Shown here: in pieces, positions 37,843 to 48,319 of the stretch
Numbering within the stretch: position 1 is the first letter of the stretch
Layout: every line of letters begins with the position of its first letter
Assembly (NCBI GenBank): GCA_963742745.1
Contig: CAVUND010000018.1
Location: forward strand, 3,481-67,480
Direction of reading: 5' to 3'
Source: an uncultured Actinomycetes bacterium
GTDB lineage: Bacteria > Actinomycetota > Thermoleophilia > Solirubrobacterales > Solirubrobacteraceae
DNA: 64,000 nt
Program-made: the position numbers and the translations under genes
Notes under the pieces: model-generated
Told to the model about the DNA's origin: nothing
The model's input: only the letters and a program-made list of their open reading frames with translations
Databases searched by the model: none

Positions 37843-39134
37843 CGGGAGGAGGGGGATCCTTCCGCCAGCAGGCGGCGGCTCAGCGAGGTGGCGGTCACGC
37901 CATGCAGGATGACGGATGCGACGATGCAACCGGCGACGGTCCAGAACAGCGTGCGTGCCTCTTCGGGCGAGAGGATGCCCATTCCGAGCGCCACGGCGAC
38001 GTAGTACAGCGATCCGATGCCGCGCACGCCGAACCAGGCGATGAACAAGCGCTCGCGCGGCGGCGTGCTCGAGCGCACGAACGCGAGCAGCGTGGCGACC
38101 GGGCGGATCACGAGCAGCAGGACGGCGATCAGCAGCCAGCCGCCGGCGCCGACCTCGCCGACGCCGCCCAGCGTCACGAGCGAGCCGAGCAGGAGGATCA
38201 GCCCGAGCTCGCAGAACTTCTCGACCACCTCGGCGCCGTCGTGCACGCGGCGGTTCATCTCGTGGCCGTGCTCGAAGCGCCGGAACGCGACGCCGGCGGC
38301 GAAGACGGCGAGAAAGCCGTAGGCGCCGGCGATTTCCGCGACCCCGTACACGAGCAGCACCGCCCCGACGGCGACCCAGCCGTCGAGCGCGGGGATGAAC
38401 AACCGCCGGTCGCGCAGATGCAGGATCGCCGCCGCGACGCCGTAGCCGCCGGCGGCGCCGAGCGCGACGCCGGCCAGCACCGCGTAGAGGACGTCGGCGA
38501 GCAGCCACTCGCCGATCCAGCCCGTCCAGTCCGACCCCTCCCCCGCCACGACGAAGGCGCCCAGGAAGACGAACGGAAAGGCCAGGCCGTCGTTGAGGCC
38601 GGCCTCCGCGGTCAGCGCGAAGTTCGGCTCATGCTCGTCCTCCTCGCCGGGCGGCCCGACGCCGACGTCGCCGGCGAGGACCGGGTCGGTCGGCGCGAGC
38701 GCGGCGCCGAGGATGATCGCCGCGCCCAGCGACAGCCCCATGACCGTCGTCCCGAAGAGGGTCACGGCGCCGATCGTCAGCGGCATCACGACGGCGAGCA
38801 GGCGGGTGACCGATCCCCACGTGCGCGGGTCGAGCGCCCGTTCGAGCTTCAGCCCGGTGCCGAAGAGCGCGACGATGACCGCGAACTCGGCGAGGCGCTC
38901 GACGACCGCCGCATCCTCGAAGGGGTCGATCCAGCGCACGTCGAGCAGGTCGATCATCGTCGCCGCGGCGAGGCCGAAGACGAGGTAGACGAGGCTCGCC
39001 GAGAACGCCCGCTCGCGCTGGTGGGAGAGCGCGCCGATCGCCGCGAAGACGGCGACGCCCGCGAAGGCGAGCGCGATCGCGTACGGATCGGCGAACGCGA
39101 AGCCGCGCTCGGCCGCGACGGGGATGACGGGCAC
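37839..39134 (-). CDS. Cation:proton antiporter (CPA1/NhaP-like)
   Basis: Motifs: GAALAPTDPVLAGDV ... ALTAEAGLNDGLAFPFVFL. Roughly 11-12 hydrophobic segments. Confidence 0.88.
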   Translation of the reverse strand: MPVIPVAAERGFAFADPYAIALAFAGVAVFAAIGALSHQRERAFSASLVYLVFGLAAATMIDLLDVRWIDPFEDAAVVERLAEFAVIVALFGTGLKLERALDPRTWGSVTRLLAVVMPLTIGAVTLFGTTVMGLSLGAAIILGAALAPTDPVLAGDVGVGPPGEEDEHEPNFALTAEAGLNDGLAFPFVFLGAFVVAGEGSDWTGWIGEWLLADVLYAVLAGVALGAAGGYGVAAAILHLRDRRLFIPALDGWVAVGAVLLVYGVAEIAGAYGFLAVFAAGVAFRRFEHGHEMNRRVHDGAEVVEKFCELGLILLLGSLVTLGGVGEVGAGGWLLIAVLLLVIRPVATLLAFVRSSTPPRERLFIAWFGVRGIGSLYYVAVALGMGILSPEEARTLFWTVAGCIVASVILHGVTATSLSRRLLAEGSPSSR

Positions 39135-39213
39135 CCGCCAAGGCTAGTGTCGTGACGCTAGATGCCTGCTCGGCCGCCGCGGGCGCGCGCCGGCGCTCGA
39201 TACTGTCGAGCGC

Positions 39214-40263
39214 ATGAGCACCTACGACCTCGTCGCCGATCTGCCGTTTCACATCGACGGGTACGAGCTCGAGGGGCTCGTGCAGAACGTCTCCAGCGAC
39301 TTCGAGCGCAAGACGACGATCATCCACCTGCACGGTGGCGGCGAGGAGGGGCTCGGCGAGGACGTCGTCTACGACCCCGTCGACCACGAGATCGCCCAGA
39401 AGGCCGGCCCCACGCTGGCGCTCGCGGGCGACTGGACGATCCGCTCGTTCTCCGACCATCTCGCCACGCTCGAGCTGTTTGCCGAGAAGCCCCAGCGCGA
39501 GGTCTCGCCGCTGTATCGCACGTGGGCCTACGAGTCGGCCGCGCTGGACCTCGCCCTGCGCCAGGCCGGCCGCTCCCTGCACGAGGTCCTCGGCCGCGAC
39601 CCCCGGCCGCTGACGTTCGTCGTCTCCCTGCGCCTCGGGGAGCCACCGTCGCTGGAGCCCGTCACGAGCCGGCTGGAGCACTATCCCACGCTGCGCTTCA
39701 AGCTCGACCCGACGCCCTCCTGGGACGCCGAGCTGATCGCCGGCCTCATCGCGACGGGCACGGTGGACTCCGTCGACTTCAAGGGCCTCTACGAGGGCAC
39801 CCCCGTCGACAACCCCGCCGACCCCGACTTCTACCTGCGGATCGTCGAGGCGTTCCCCGACGCGTGGATCGAGGATCCGAAGCTCACCGATGAGATCGAT
39901 GCGGCGCTGAAGCCCCATCGCGACCGCATCACCTGGGACGCGAACATCCATTCGATCAGCGACATCGAGGGGCTCCCGTTCGCGCCGCGGATGGTCAACC
40001 TCAAGCCCTCGCGCCTGGGCGGCATCAAGGCGCTCTTCGACGCCTACGACTACACCGCCGAGCGCGGGATCGGCGCCTACGGCGGCGGCCAGTTCGAGCT
40101 CGGCGTCGGTCGTGAGCACATCCAGTACCTGGCGTCGATCTTCCATCCCGACACGCCGAACGACACCTCGCCGGCGGGCTTTCACGTCATGGAGCCGCCG
40201 CCCGGCCTACCGTCCAGCCCGATCGATCCGATGCCCTCGGCGACCGGCTTTCGCTGGGGCTGA
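39214..40263 (+). CDS. Conserved hypothetical protein, possibly enolase-superfamily-like barrel
   Basis: Clean 349-aa ORF with high GC3. Motifs: TLRFKLDPTPSWD ... VDFKGLYEGT ... AWIEDP ... MVNLKPSRLGG. The functional call is weak. Confidence 0.6.
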   Translation: MSTYDLVADLPFHIDGYELEGLVQNVSSDFERKTTIIHLHGGGEEGLGEDVVYDPVDHEIAQKAGPTLALAGDWTIRSFSDHLATLELFAEKPQREVSPLYRTWAYESAALDLALRQAGRSLHEVLGRDPRPLTFVVSLRLGEPPSLEPVTSRLEHYPTLRFKLDPTPSWDAELIAGLIATGTVDSVDFKGLYEGTPVDNPADPDFYLRIVEAFPDAWIEDPKLTDEIDAALKPHRDRITWDANIHSISDIEGLPFAPRMVNLKPSRLGGIKALFDAYDYTAERGIGAYGGGQFELGVGREHIQYLASIFHPDTPNDTSPAGFHVMEPPPGLPSSPIDPMPSATGFRWG

Positions 40264-40364
40264 CCGGCGGGCGCGGCGGTCCGCAACGCACGAAGCCCGG
40301 CGCGGTGGCCGGGCTTCGGGTGCTTGGAGGGCCGGCTCGCAGCGAGCCCCGCGGGGAGGTGCGG

Positions 40365-40556
40365 CTAGAGGCCGCGACGGCGGAAGCCGCCACCGCCGCC
40401 GCCGAAGCGACCCCCGTAGCCGTAGCCGCCGGTGCCGACGCCGCTGAGCAGGACGAGCACGGCGGCGATGACGGCGACGATGAAGGGCAGGCCGATCGCG
40501 AGGCACACCCAGTAGGCGAGTGCGGCAAGCAGGATGGCAATCAGGATTCCGATCAT
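40365..40556 (-). CDS. Small hydrophobic, Gly-rich-tailed protein (63 aa)
   Basis: GAGGAG lies 9 nt upstream of ATG 40556. Translation: MIGILIAILLAALAYWVCLAIGLPFIVAVIAAVLVLLSGVGTGGYGYGGRFGGGGGGFRRRGL. Confidence 0.5.
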   Translation of the reverse strand: MIGILIAILLAALAYWVCLAIGLPFIVAVIAAVLVLLSGVGTGGYGYGGRFGGGGGGFRRRGL

Positions 40557-40702
40557 GTGGCGACTCTCCTCGGACGGCGTGGGCACGGTCAGGTGTCCTT
40601 GAGATACCCGCCCGGATTGGCGCGCAAGCTCCACGCCGGCCGCTCTCACAGCAACCTCATACATGCGTCCACGTTCCGGGGCGGCGGCGCCGGGCGGGCC
40701 GG

Positions 40703-41098
40703 TCAGGGCGCGGGCGCCACCGGCAGGCCGGCGTCGCGCCAGGCCTGAAAGCCGCCGACGAGATCGGTCGCGGCGGCGAAGCCGAGCTGCTGCAGCGTGG
40801 CCGCGGCGAGGCTCGACTGGTAGCCCCCGTCGCACATCAGGATGATGCGGCGCTCGAGGCCGCCGACGCGCTCGTCGTACGCCTCGCAGCTGGGGTCGCA
40901 GCGCCACTCGAGCACGTTGCGGGCAAACCAGATCGTGCCCACCACGATCCCGTCGGCGGCCCGTTGGGACTCCGACCGGATGTCGATCATGAGCGCGCCG
41001 TCGCCGATCGCGTCGCGCGCCTCCTGCGGCCCGACGCGGACGAGCCTCTCGCGCGCCTGCGCGAGCAGCTCGTCGATCGTCGTGCGATTCACCGTCAT
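40703..41098 (-). CDS. Single-domain rhodanese (sulfur/selenium transferase-like)
   Basis: ATG at 41098 is preceded by GGAGGTTGGGAGG. Active-site loop ILMCDGGYQSS. Other motifs: IDIRSESQ and GGFQAWRDAGLPV. Confidence 0.8.
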   Translation of the reverse strand: MTVNRTTIDELLAQARERLVRVGPQEARDAIGDGALMIDIRSESQRAADGIVVGTIWFARNVLEWRCDPSCEAYDERVGGLERRIILMCDGGYQSSLAAATLQQLGFAAATDLVGGFQAWRDAGLPVAPAP

Positions 41099-41151
41099 CC
41101 TCCCAACCTCCAAACGTCGCCGGCCGGCCGGCGGAGGCTGAACCCGGCGGG

Positions 41152-41610
41152 CTACGGCTTCTGTTCGCGCATGCCCTTCACCGCCGCCGAGATGACCTCG
41201 GCGTCGAGCACGTCGGCCATGACGCCGATCTGTTCCTCCCAGACGTCGTCGTCGATCTGGCTGCGGAACTCTTCCTCGAGTACGTGATACACGGAGAGAC
41301 CCAACTGGGTCTCGGCCAATGCACCTGCATAGGTCGGATCGCCGAGCACAAGGGTCTCGGCGGCGATCTCCGCGCTCTCGTCGTCCGGAGCTCCGAGGAT
41401 GACGAGCAATTGCTCGGCCCCGTGCTCGTCGGCAAGGCGCTTGATCACTTCCTGGCTATTGAGGTCCATGGCCCCTGAGGCCGTTCAGACGAAGCACTCC
41501 GTCGACGTGTACTCGACCTTGCCGCCGGCGCTCTTCACGCAGGCCGCGATCGCGGGGCCCGCGACGCCGTCTCGCTCGCCGAGCACGATCACCATCTTGT
41601 TGTCGAACAT
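41152..41610 (-). CDS. grdA: Glycine/sarcosine/betaine reductase complex selenoprotein A, with in-frame TGA (Sec) at 41485-41487
   Basis: Translation from ATG 41610: MFDNKMVIVLGERDGVAGPAIAACVKSAGGKVEYTSTECFV-TGA-TASGAMDLNSQEVIKRLADEHGAEQLLVILGAPD ... GDPTYAGALAETQLGLSVYHVLE. This carries the canonical CxxU motif and GrdA-like sequence on both sides of the TGA. The track shows only the C-terminal 105 aa. Confidence 0.9.
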
Positions 41611-41616
41611 CGGGTG

Positions 41617-41958
41617 CTAACTCACCTCCTCTGTGTTCTCGTCGAGGCTCTTGTCAAGCCAGTCATTGAGCTGCGCGGGGCTGATCGTCGACTCCGACAA
41701 CCGCGCCACCTCTTCGCCGTCGCGCAGCAGCAGGAACGTGGGAAGCCCGTGGACCTTGAGGCGGATGCACACCCGCCGCGCCTTCGGCGCCTCGAGCATG
41801 ACGACGTTGATGTCGTCGCGTGCCTCGGCCAGCTTCTCGACGTGCGGCTTGAGCGCCAGGCACGGCCGGCAATCCGGTCCCCATACGTCGACGAGCGTGG
41901 TGCCGCTCTCGACGAGCTCGTCGAAGTTCTCGCGTGTCGCCTCGGCTACAGCACCCAT
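41617..41958 (-). CDS. Thioredoxin-fold protein with an atypical DCRPC redox motif
   Basis: Translation: MGAVAEATRENFDELVESGTTLVDVWGPDCRPCLALKPHVEKLA ... GLPTFLLLRDGEEV. It lies 5 nt after grdC and 6 nt before grdA. Confidence 0.85.
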   Translation of the reverse strand: MGAVAEATRENFDELVESGTTLVDVWGPDCRPCLALKPHVEKLAEARDDINVVMLEAPKARRVCIRLKVHGLPTFLLLRDGEEVARLSESTISPAQLNDWLDKSLDENTEEVS

Positions 41959-41963
41959 TTCGC

Positions 41964-43397
41964 TCACCCTTCCGCTTCGTTGGACTCGAGCAGCACGCTC
42001 ATGCCGTCGGACTGCTCGGACATGCGTCCCAGGAACAGACTGCCCTTTGCGATCAGCTGTACCCGATGTGCGCTCCCATCCATCAACCGGGCACGTGCAT
42101 GCGGGACGTAGCATAGGGCCGAGGCGATGTGACCCTGGGTCGGGGCGTAGCCGGGCATGCCCCGCTGCGCGACGAAGTCGCCCATGTCCTCGCGGCCGAT
42201 CTCGCCGCGGCGCAGCGCCAGAGCGGCGAGCGTCTTGTAGTTGCGCGCCGGGACGTCGCCCGAGCCCTGCGGCTCGGTGATCTCGGGGTTGTGCAGCTCG
42301 GTGGCGTAGTCGTCGACGTCGAGCGATCCCAGGCCGAGGCGCTCGAGGGGCGAGAACGCCAGGGCCTCCATGATCTTCGGGTTCGAGGACCCGGCGGCGA
42401 CGGTGTGGCGGCCGACGGAGTCCAGCCGCACGCGCGGCGAGCGTCCGTCGTCGGCCTCGACGAGCACGGCGCTCGCGCCGAGGACGTCCTCCAGCACCGG
42501 CAGATCGTGCTTGAGGTGCCCTTGGAACTTCATGCCCACCTTCGGAAGCGAGCCGCCCGCGACGACGACGACGCGCCCGAACACCCCGGAAGCGACGAGG
42601 CTGCTGGCGATGACCAGCGCGGGGATCGGGGCGGCACAGAAGTTCTTGACGTCGCAGCCCGAGGCGTTGCTGCAGCCCGCCGCCGCCGCCACGGACTTTG
42701 CGAGGTTGCCGCCGCCGCGCTGGTAGCGGTCGCCGATCGCCTCCTCGCCGGCGCCGATGACGTAGTCGATCGAGTCGGGGTCGATGTCGTTGTCGGCGAG
42801 CAGGCGCAGGAGGCCCAGCGTGGCGCTCGCCTTTCCGCAGAGGTTCTCGAAGAACACGTCGGCGGTCAGGGCGGCATCGCTCTCGTGGGCGCGCCGCACG
42901 GCCGCGGCGAGCTGATCGGCGCCGAGGTGCAGCTTCAGCGCGCCCGGCTCGGCCGCCACCGCTTCTGCGTCGCCGGCCGCGGCCGCCACCTTCTCGAGGT
43001 CGAGACGCTCGGCCAGCGGATGGCTCTGCAGCTTCTCCGCGATCGCGCCGGCGTGTGCCGCGTCGAGCCGCACGAGGCCGAAGTCGTCGACCGCCGCCAG
43101 CAGGCCGAGGAACTCGTCCTCGGGCATGAGCTCGCCGACGCCCGCGAAGCGGCCCTCGCCGTTGGCGGCCGCGCCGACCCACGGTCGCTCCGGCAGGTCC
43201 CGCGGATGGATCGCCCCGAGGTAGGCCTGATGCGGCGCGTAGGCGACCGCCTGCTCGAACGTGCGCAGCGAGCTCAGGAACTGCGCCTCGACGTCCGGGT
43301 TCTTGTGCAGCTCGCGCGACGGCTTGGAGCCGTGGCGGCACAGGCCGGGCACATGGACGAGCGCCGCGCTCGTGGCGCTGATGACAGGGACGGGCAT
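41964..43397 (-). CDS. grdC: Glycine reductase complex protein C, beta subunit-like (GrdC)
   Basis: Translation from ATG 43397: MPVPVISATSAALVHVPGLCRHGSKPS ... LRTFEQAVAYAPHQAYLG ... FAGVGELMPEDEFLGLL ... QRGGGNLAKSVAAAAGCSNASGCDVKNFCAAP ... VVVAGGSLPKVGM ... LEDVLGASAVLVE ... GMPGYAPTQGHI ... KGSLFLGRMS. This is colinear with clostridial GrdC as I recall it. Confidence 0.85.
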   Translation of the reverse strand: MPVPVISATSAALVHVPGLCRHGSKPSRELHKNPDVEAQFLSSLRTFEQAVAYAPHQAYLGAIHPRDLPERPWVGAAANGEGRFAGVGELMPEDEFLGLLAAVDDFGLVRLDAAHAGAIAEKLQSHPLAERLDLEKVAAAAGDAEAVAAEPGALKLHLGADQLAAAVRRAHESDAALTADVFFENLCGKASATLGLLRLLADNDIDPDSIDYVIGAGEEAIGDRYQRGGGNLAKSVAAAAGCSNASGCDVKNFCAAPIPALVIASSLVASGVFGRVVVVAGGSLPKVGMKFQGHLKHDLPVLEDVLGASAVLVEADDGRSPRVRLDSVGRHTVAAGSSNPKIMEALAFSPLERLGLGSLDVDDYATELHNPEITEPQGSGDVPARNYKTLAALALRRGEIGREDMGDFVAQRGMPGYAPTQGHIASALCYVPHARARLMDGSAHRVQLIAKGSLFLGRMSEQSDGMSVLLESNEAEG

Positions 43398-43404
43398 GCG
43401 CCCT

Positions 43405-44703
43405 CTATTGAACCGGATCGCCGTCGAAGACCGTCGGCTCGCTGACCTGCGTGCCGACGGCGACGAGCGCCCGTTCAAGCAGTTGCCGGCGCCAGGCGTG
43501 CTCCGCCGCGGGCCCGAGCTCGGGATCTCCCGCCGGGAACGGGATGCCGCGCGTGGGCACGATGCGCGGCGCGCCGACGCGCTTGGCGATCGAGACGAGG
43601 TTGCACAGCAGCGCGGTGGGGATCCCGGCGCGCTCCAGTTCCTTCGTGAGCGTTGACCCGCAACGCGTGCCGGTTCCTCAGGTGGCGGTGAGAATGACCG
43701 CCTGGATGTTCGCCTGGCGCAGCTCGGCCGCCCATTCCATCCCGAAGCGGCGCGCGTCGGCGACCGTCGTGCCGTTGCCGGTCGTCCCCAGGTACTCGCC
43801 GTGCAGGCGTCCGATCGCGCCCTCGCGCTCCATCTCGCGGGCGACGTCAAGCGGCAGGATGCGGTTGGGATCGGCGTTGGCCCAGACGGTGGAGAACCCG
43901 CCGTGCACGGACTCGAACTCGCCCTCTTCGACGGAGTCCAGGCCGTCGAGCGAGTGGCGCACCCACTTCGTGGCGCGCGCGGACTCCAGGCGGTCGGGGT
44001 TGCCGGCGGGCACGAAGCCGCCCTCGGTGACGAGCGCGAACAGCGCGTCGGTGACGTCGGCGACGGGCGCGGCCGGCGTGACGCTGTCGAAGTCGGGGAG
44101 CGGGATCTCGGTGGCGTCCTTGTCGCCGGCCAGGCGGGTCAGCACGAGCGCGACGGCGCGCTCGGCCGCGCTGTGTTCGGCCATGCGGTTGGTGCGGGCG
44201 ACCGGGCCGATGCGCCCGTCCTGCGCGGTGAGCTCGTCGCCTGCGGCGATGATTCGTGCTGCCGCGGCGAAGCGCTCGAGCGACTCCTTCATCTTTCGCG
44301 CCGTCTGGCCGCTCTCGACGACGGCCGTGCCGGCGGCCTCGCCCAGGCCGGGATTCTCGGGGTGCATCGACGCCAGCGCGGGCAACCCCGCCTCGCTGGC
44401 CGCCGCCGCGATCCGCGCGCACGCCATCCCGTAGCGCCCGCTCGTGAACGAGGGGCCGGCGATGATCATCTCGGCGCCGCGCTCCCTGGCCTGCGTGACG
44501 AGCTCGGCGGCGAAGTCGGCGTGCGAGGCCGCGTAGTCGTCGCCGCAGATGGCGGTGGCGACGATCTCGTGCTCGTCGCCGAGCAGCGAAGCCAGCTTGC
44601 GGCCGGGCCCGACGGCCCCGTCGCGCAGCTCGGGACCGGTGCCCGCGGAGTCCTCGCCGCCCATGCCGGCGAAGAACTGGTTGACGTAGTGGACGATCTT
44701 CAT
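43405..44703 (-). CDS. grdB: Selenoprotein B (GrdB/GrdF/GrdH family) with in-frame TGA (Sec) at 43678-43680
   Basis: Translation: [34 protein letters not shown] ... IIAGPSFTSGRYGMAC ... LVTEGGFVPAGNPDRLES ... VHGGFS ... LPLDVAREMEREGAIG ... GTTGNGTTVA ... AVILTAT-TGA-GTGTRCGSTLTKELERAGIPTALLCNLVSIAKRVGAPRIVP ... and stop TAG at 43405-43407. The track ORF ends at the TGA. Confidence 0.9.
43650..43666 (-). other. Candidate SECIS stem-loop of the grdB-like gene
   Basis: On the mRNA, UGA is followed by 11 nt, then GCGUUG-CGGGU-CAACGC (6-bp stem, 5-nt loop containing GGU). Confidence 0.4.
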
Positions 44704-46019
44704 GACGCGATCTCGGCCTCGGCACAGGTGAGTCTGCCCCAGCCCAGCGTGCTCTGCGCGCAGTAGACGGCGGCCACCGGCAGCTCGACCTCGTTGGTGG
44801 ACGCCTGGTCGAGCAGGGCGATCTTGTCACGGCCGAGCGCGCGGTCCACGGCGGGCAGCGTCATCCGCTCGTCGTAGTTGCCCGTGCTGACGAGCGCGGT
44901 CGCCTTCGTCGGCGGGACCACGAGCGGCGGCCCGGTCCCGTCGCGCCCCGCCATCTCGGCGAGGATGCCGATCGCCGCGATCCCCTCCTCCTCGAGGCGG
45001 TCCATCTTCAGCGAGACGTCGGCGTCGGCGTTGCCGCCGCCCTCCTTCGTCGCGATCGCGGCATCGAGGTGCAGTTGCTTGCACAGCCGCGCGGCGTGGG
45101 CGGAGACGAGCTCCTTGTCGGCCTGGTTGACGGGCTCGGGGCAGAGGATGAGCGCCGCCAGCTCGAGCTCGTCCGAGCGGGCGCGCAGGGCCGCGACCAC
45201 CGGATGGGTCTGGTGCAGATAGGTGGGGTTCTTCAGCGCGGGATGGCCGAACTGGCCGCTGACCACCGCGCCGTCGTCGAGCTCGCTGGGCGAGATGACG
45301 GTCGGCAGGCCACCCGACAGGCTGCGCCCGTAGACGAAGACGTCCTTGAACTTGCCCTGCGTCTGCAGGTTGAGGATGACGCCGACCCGCGGCTTGCCGT
45401 TGGCGGGTGCTTCTCCGGGCTCGGAGAGCTCTTCGACCGCGTCGGGCTCGGCGTCGAGCGCGGCCTCGGCGAGGTGGGCGGCGACCGTGACGAGCCCGCG
45501 CCGCAGCGCCGCGTCGACGTCGCCCCAGTCCGCGTCCTCGGCGGGCGTCCACTCGACGACGAGGTTATGCGTCGCGGCGAGCGGCGACAGCGGCGCCGCC
45601 GGCCCCGACATGTCGATGACCGCCTCCTGCGCGCGGGGCAGGTAGCCGGCGGCCAGCACGGCGGCGCCGCGCAGGACGTGCGTCTCACCGCGCCCCACGG
45701 GCATCGCCGGGCCGAGCAGCCCGGGGAACACGCCGCCCCCGCCGGGGCCTTTCGAGCAGGGCTGGACGGCGTCCAGCACGCCGACGATCCGCACGGAGTC
45801 GCCGGGCGAGGCGACGCCCAGCCGGACCTCGGCGAACGCGGGGTCGCGCAGGAGGTCGAGCACGGTCTCCTCGCCGACGGTGAGGCGCCCGTCGGAATAG
45901 CCCGTGCTCTCGCCGAGATCGAGCTCGCGCACCTCGTGGATCACCCGGGTCAGCCCGGTCTGCGCGTTCACGTTCTGAATGCTGCCAGATGTCGGCCAGG
46001 CGGGGTGATCCCCGGCCAC
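44700..46019 (-). CDS. GrdE/GrdI-family substrate-binding component B subunit (no proprotein-cleavage cysteine seen)
   Basis: Motifs: [18 protein letters not shown] ... VIDMSGPAA ... [22 protein letters not shown] ... [13 protein letters not shown] ... [16 protein letters not shown] overlap with the grdB start. The start codon is uncertain, with in-frame GTG alternatives downstream of 46019. Confidence 0.8.
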   Translation of the reverse strand: MAGDHPAWPTSGSIQNVNAQTGLTRVIHEVRELDLGESTGYSDGRLTVGEETVLDLLRDPAFAEVRLGVASPGDSVRIVGVLDAVQPCSKGPGGGGVFPGLLGPAMPVGRGETHVLRGAAVLAAGYLPRAQEAVIDMSGPAAPLSPLAATHNLVVEWTPAEDADWGDVDAALRRGLVTVAAHLAEAALDAEPDAVEELSEPGEAPANGKPRVGVILNLQTQGKFKDVFVYGRSLSGGLPTVISPSELDDGAVVSGQFGHPALKNPTYLHQTHPVVAALRARSDELELAALILCPEPVNQADKELVSAHAARLCKQLHLDAAIATKEGGGNADADVSLKMDRLEEEGIAAIGILAEMAGRDGTGPPLVVPPTKATALVSTGNYDERMTLPAVDRALGRDKIALLDQASTNEVELPVAAVYCAQSTLGWGRLTCAEAEIAS

Positions 46020-46122
46020 GCCGGATGCGCGATCGGCGGCGACGGCCCGCCGCAGGGCGCGTTTGGCGCGCGCGCGCCAGGGTATGGCCCGACGATCCTG
46101 AGGGTGACGTGAGGGGAGTCAG

Positions 46123-48231
<2,109 letters not shown>

Positions 48232-48319
48232 CCGCGCCGACGCGACGGCGGGCGGTGAGCGCGCCGGCGCCGGCGCCGGCGCTCGCGGGCCGGCGTGAGC
48301 CAGCCCTTACGCTTACGCC

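Noticed and set aside
41485-43680. The possibility that the TGA codons in the grdA-like and grdB-like genes are genuine stops or pseudogene lesions
   Set aside because: Family-specific sequence continues in frame on both sides of each TGA, at exactly the positions of the known Sec residues. A full selD-selC-selA-selB set lies a few kb away.
46020-46122. GC-alternating run GGCGCGCGCGCGCC in the grdE-katE divergent region as a regulatory element
   Set aside because: It is only a short simple-sequence tract. I saw no second copy and no recognisable OxyR/Fur-type site.
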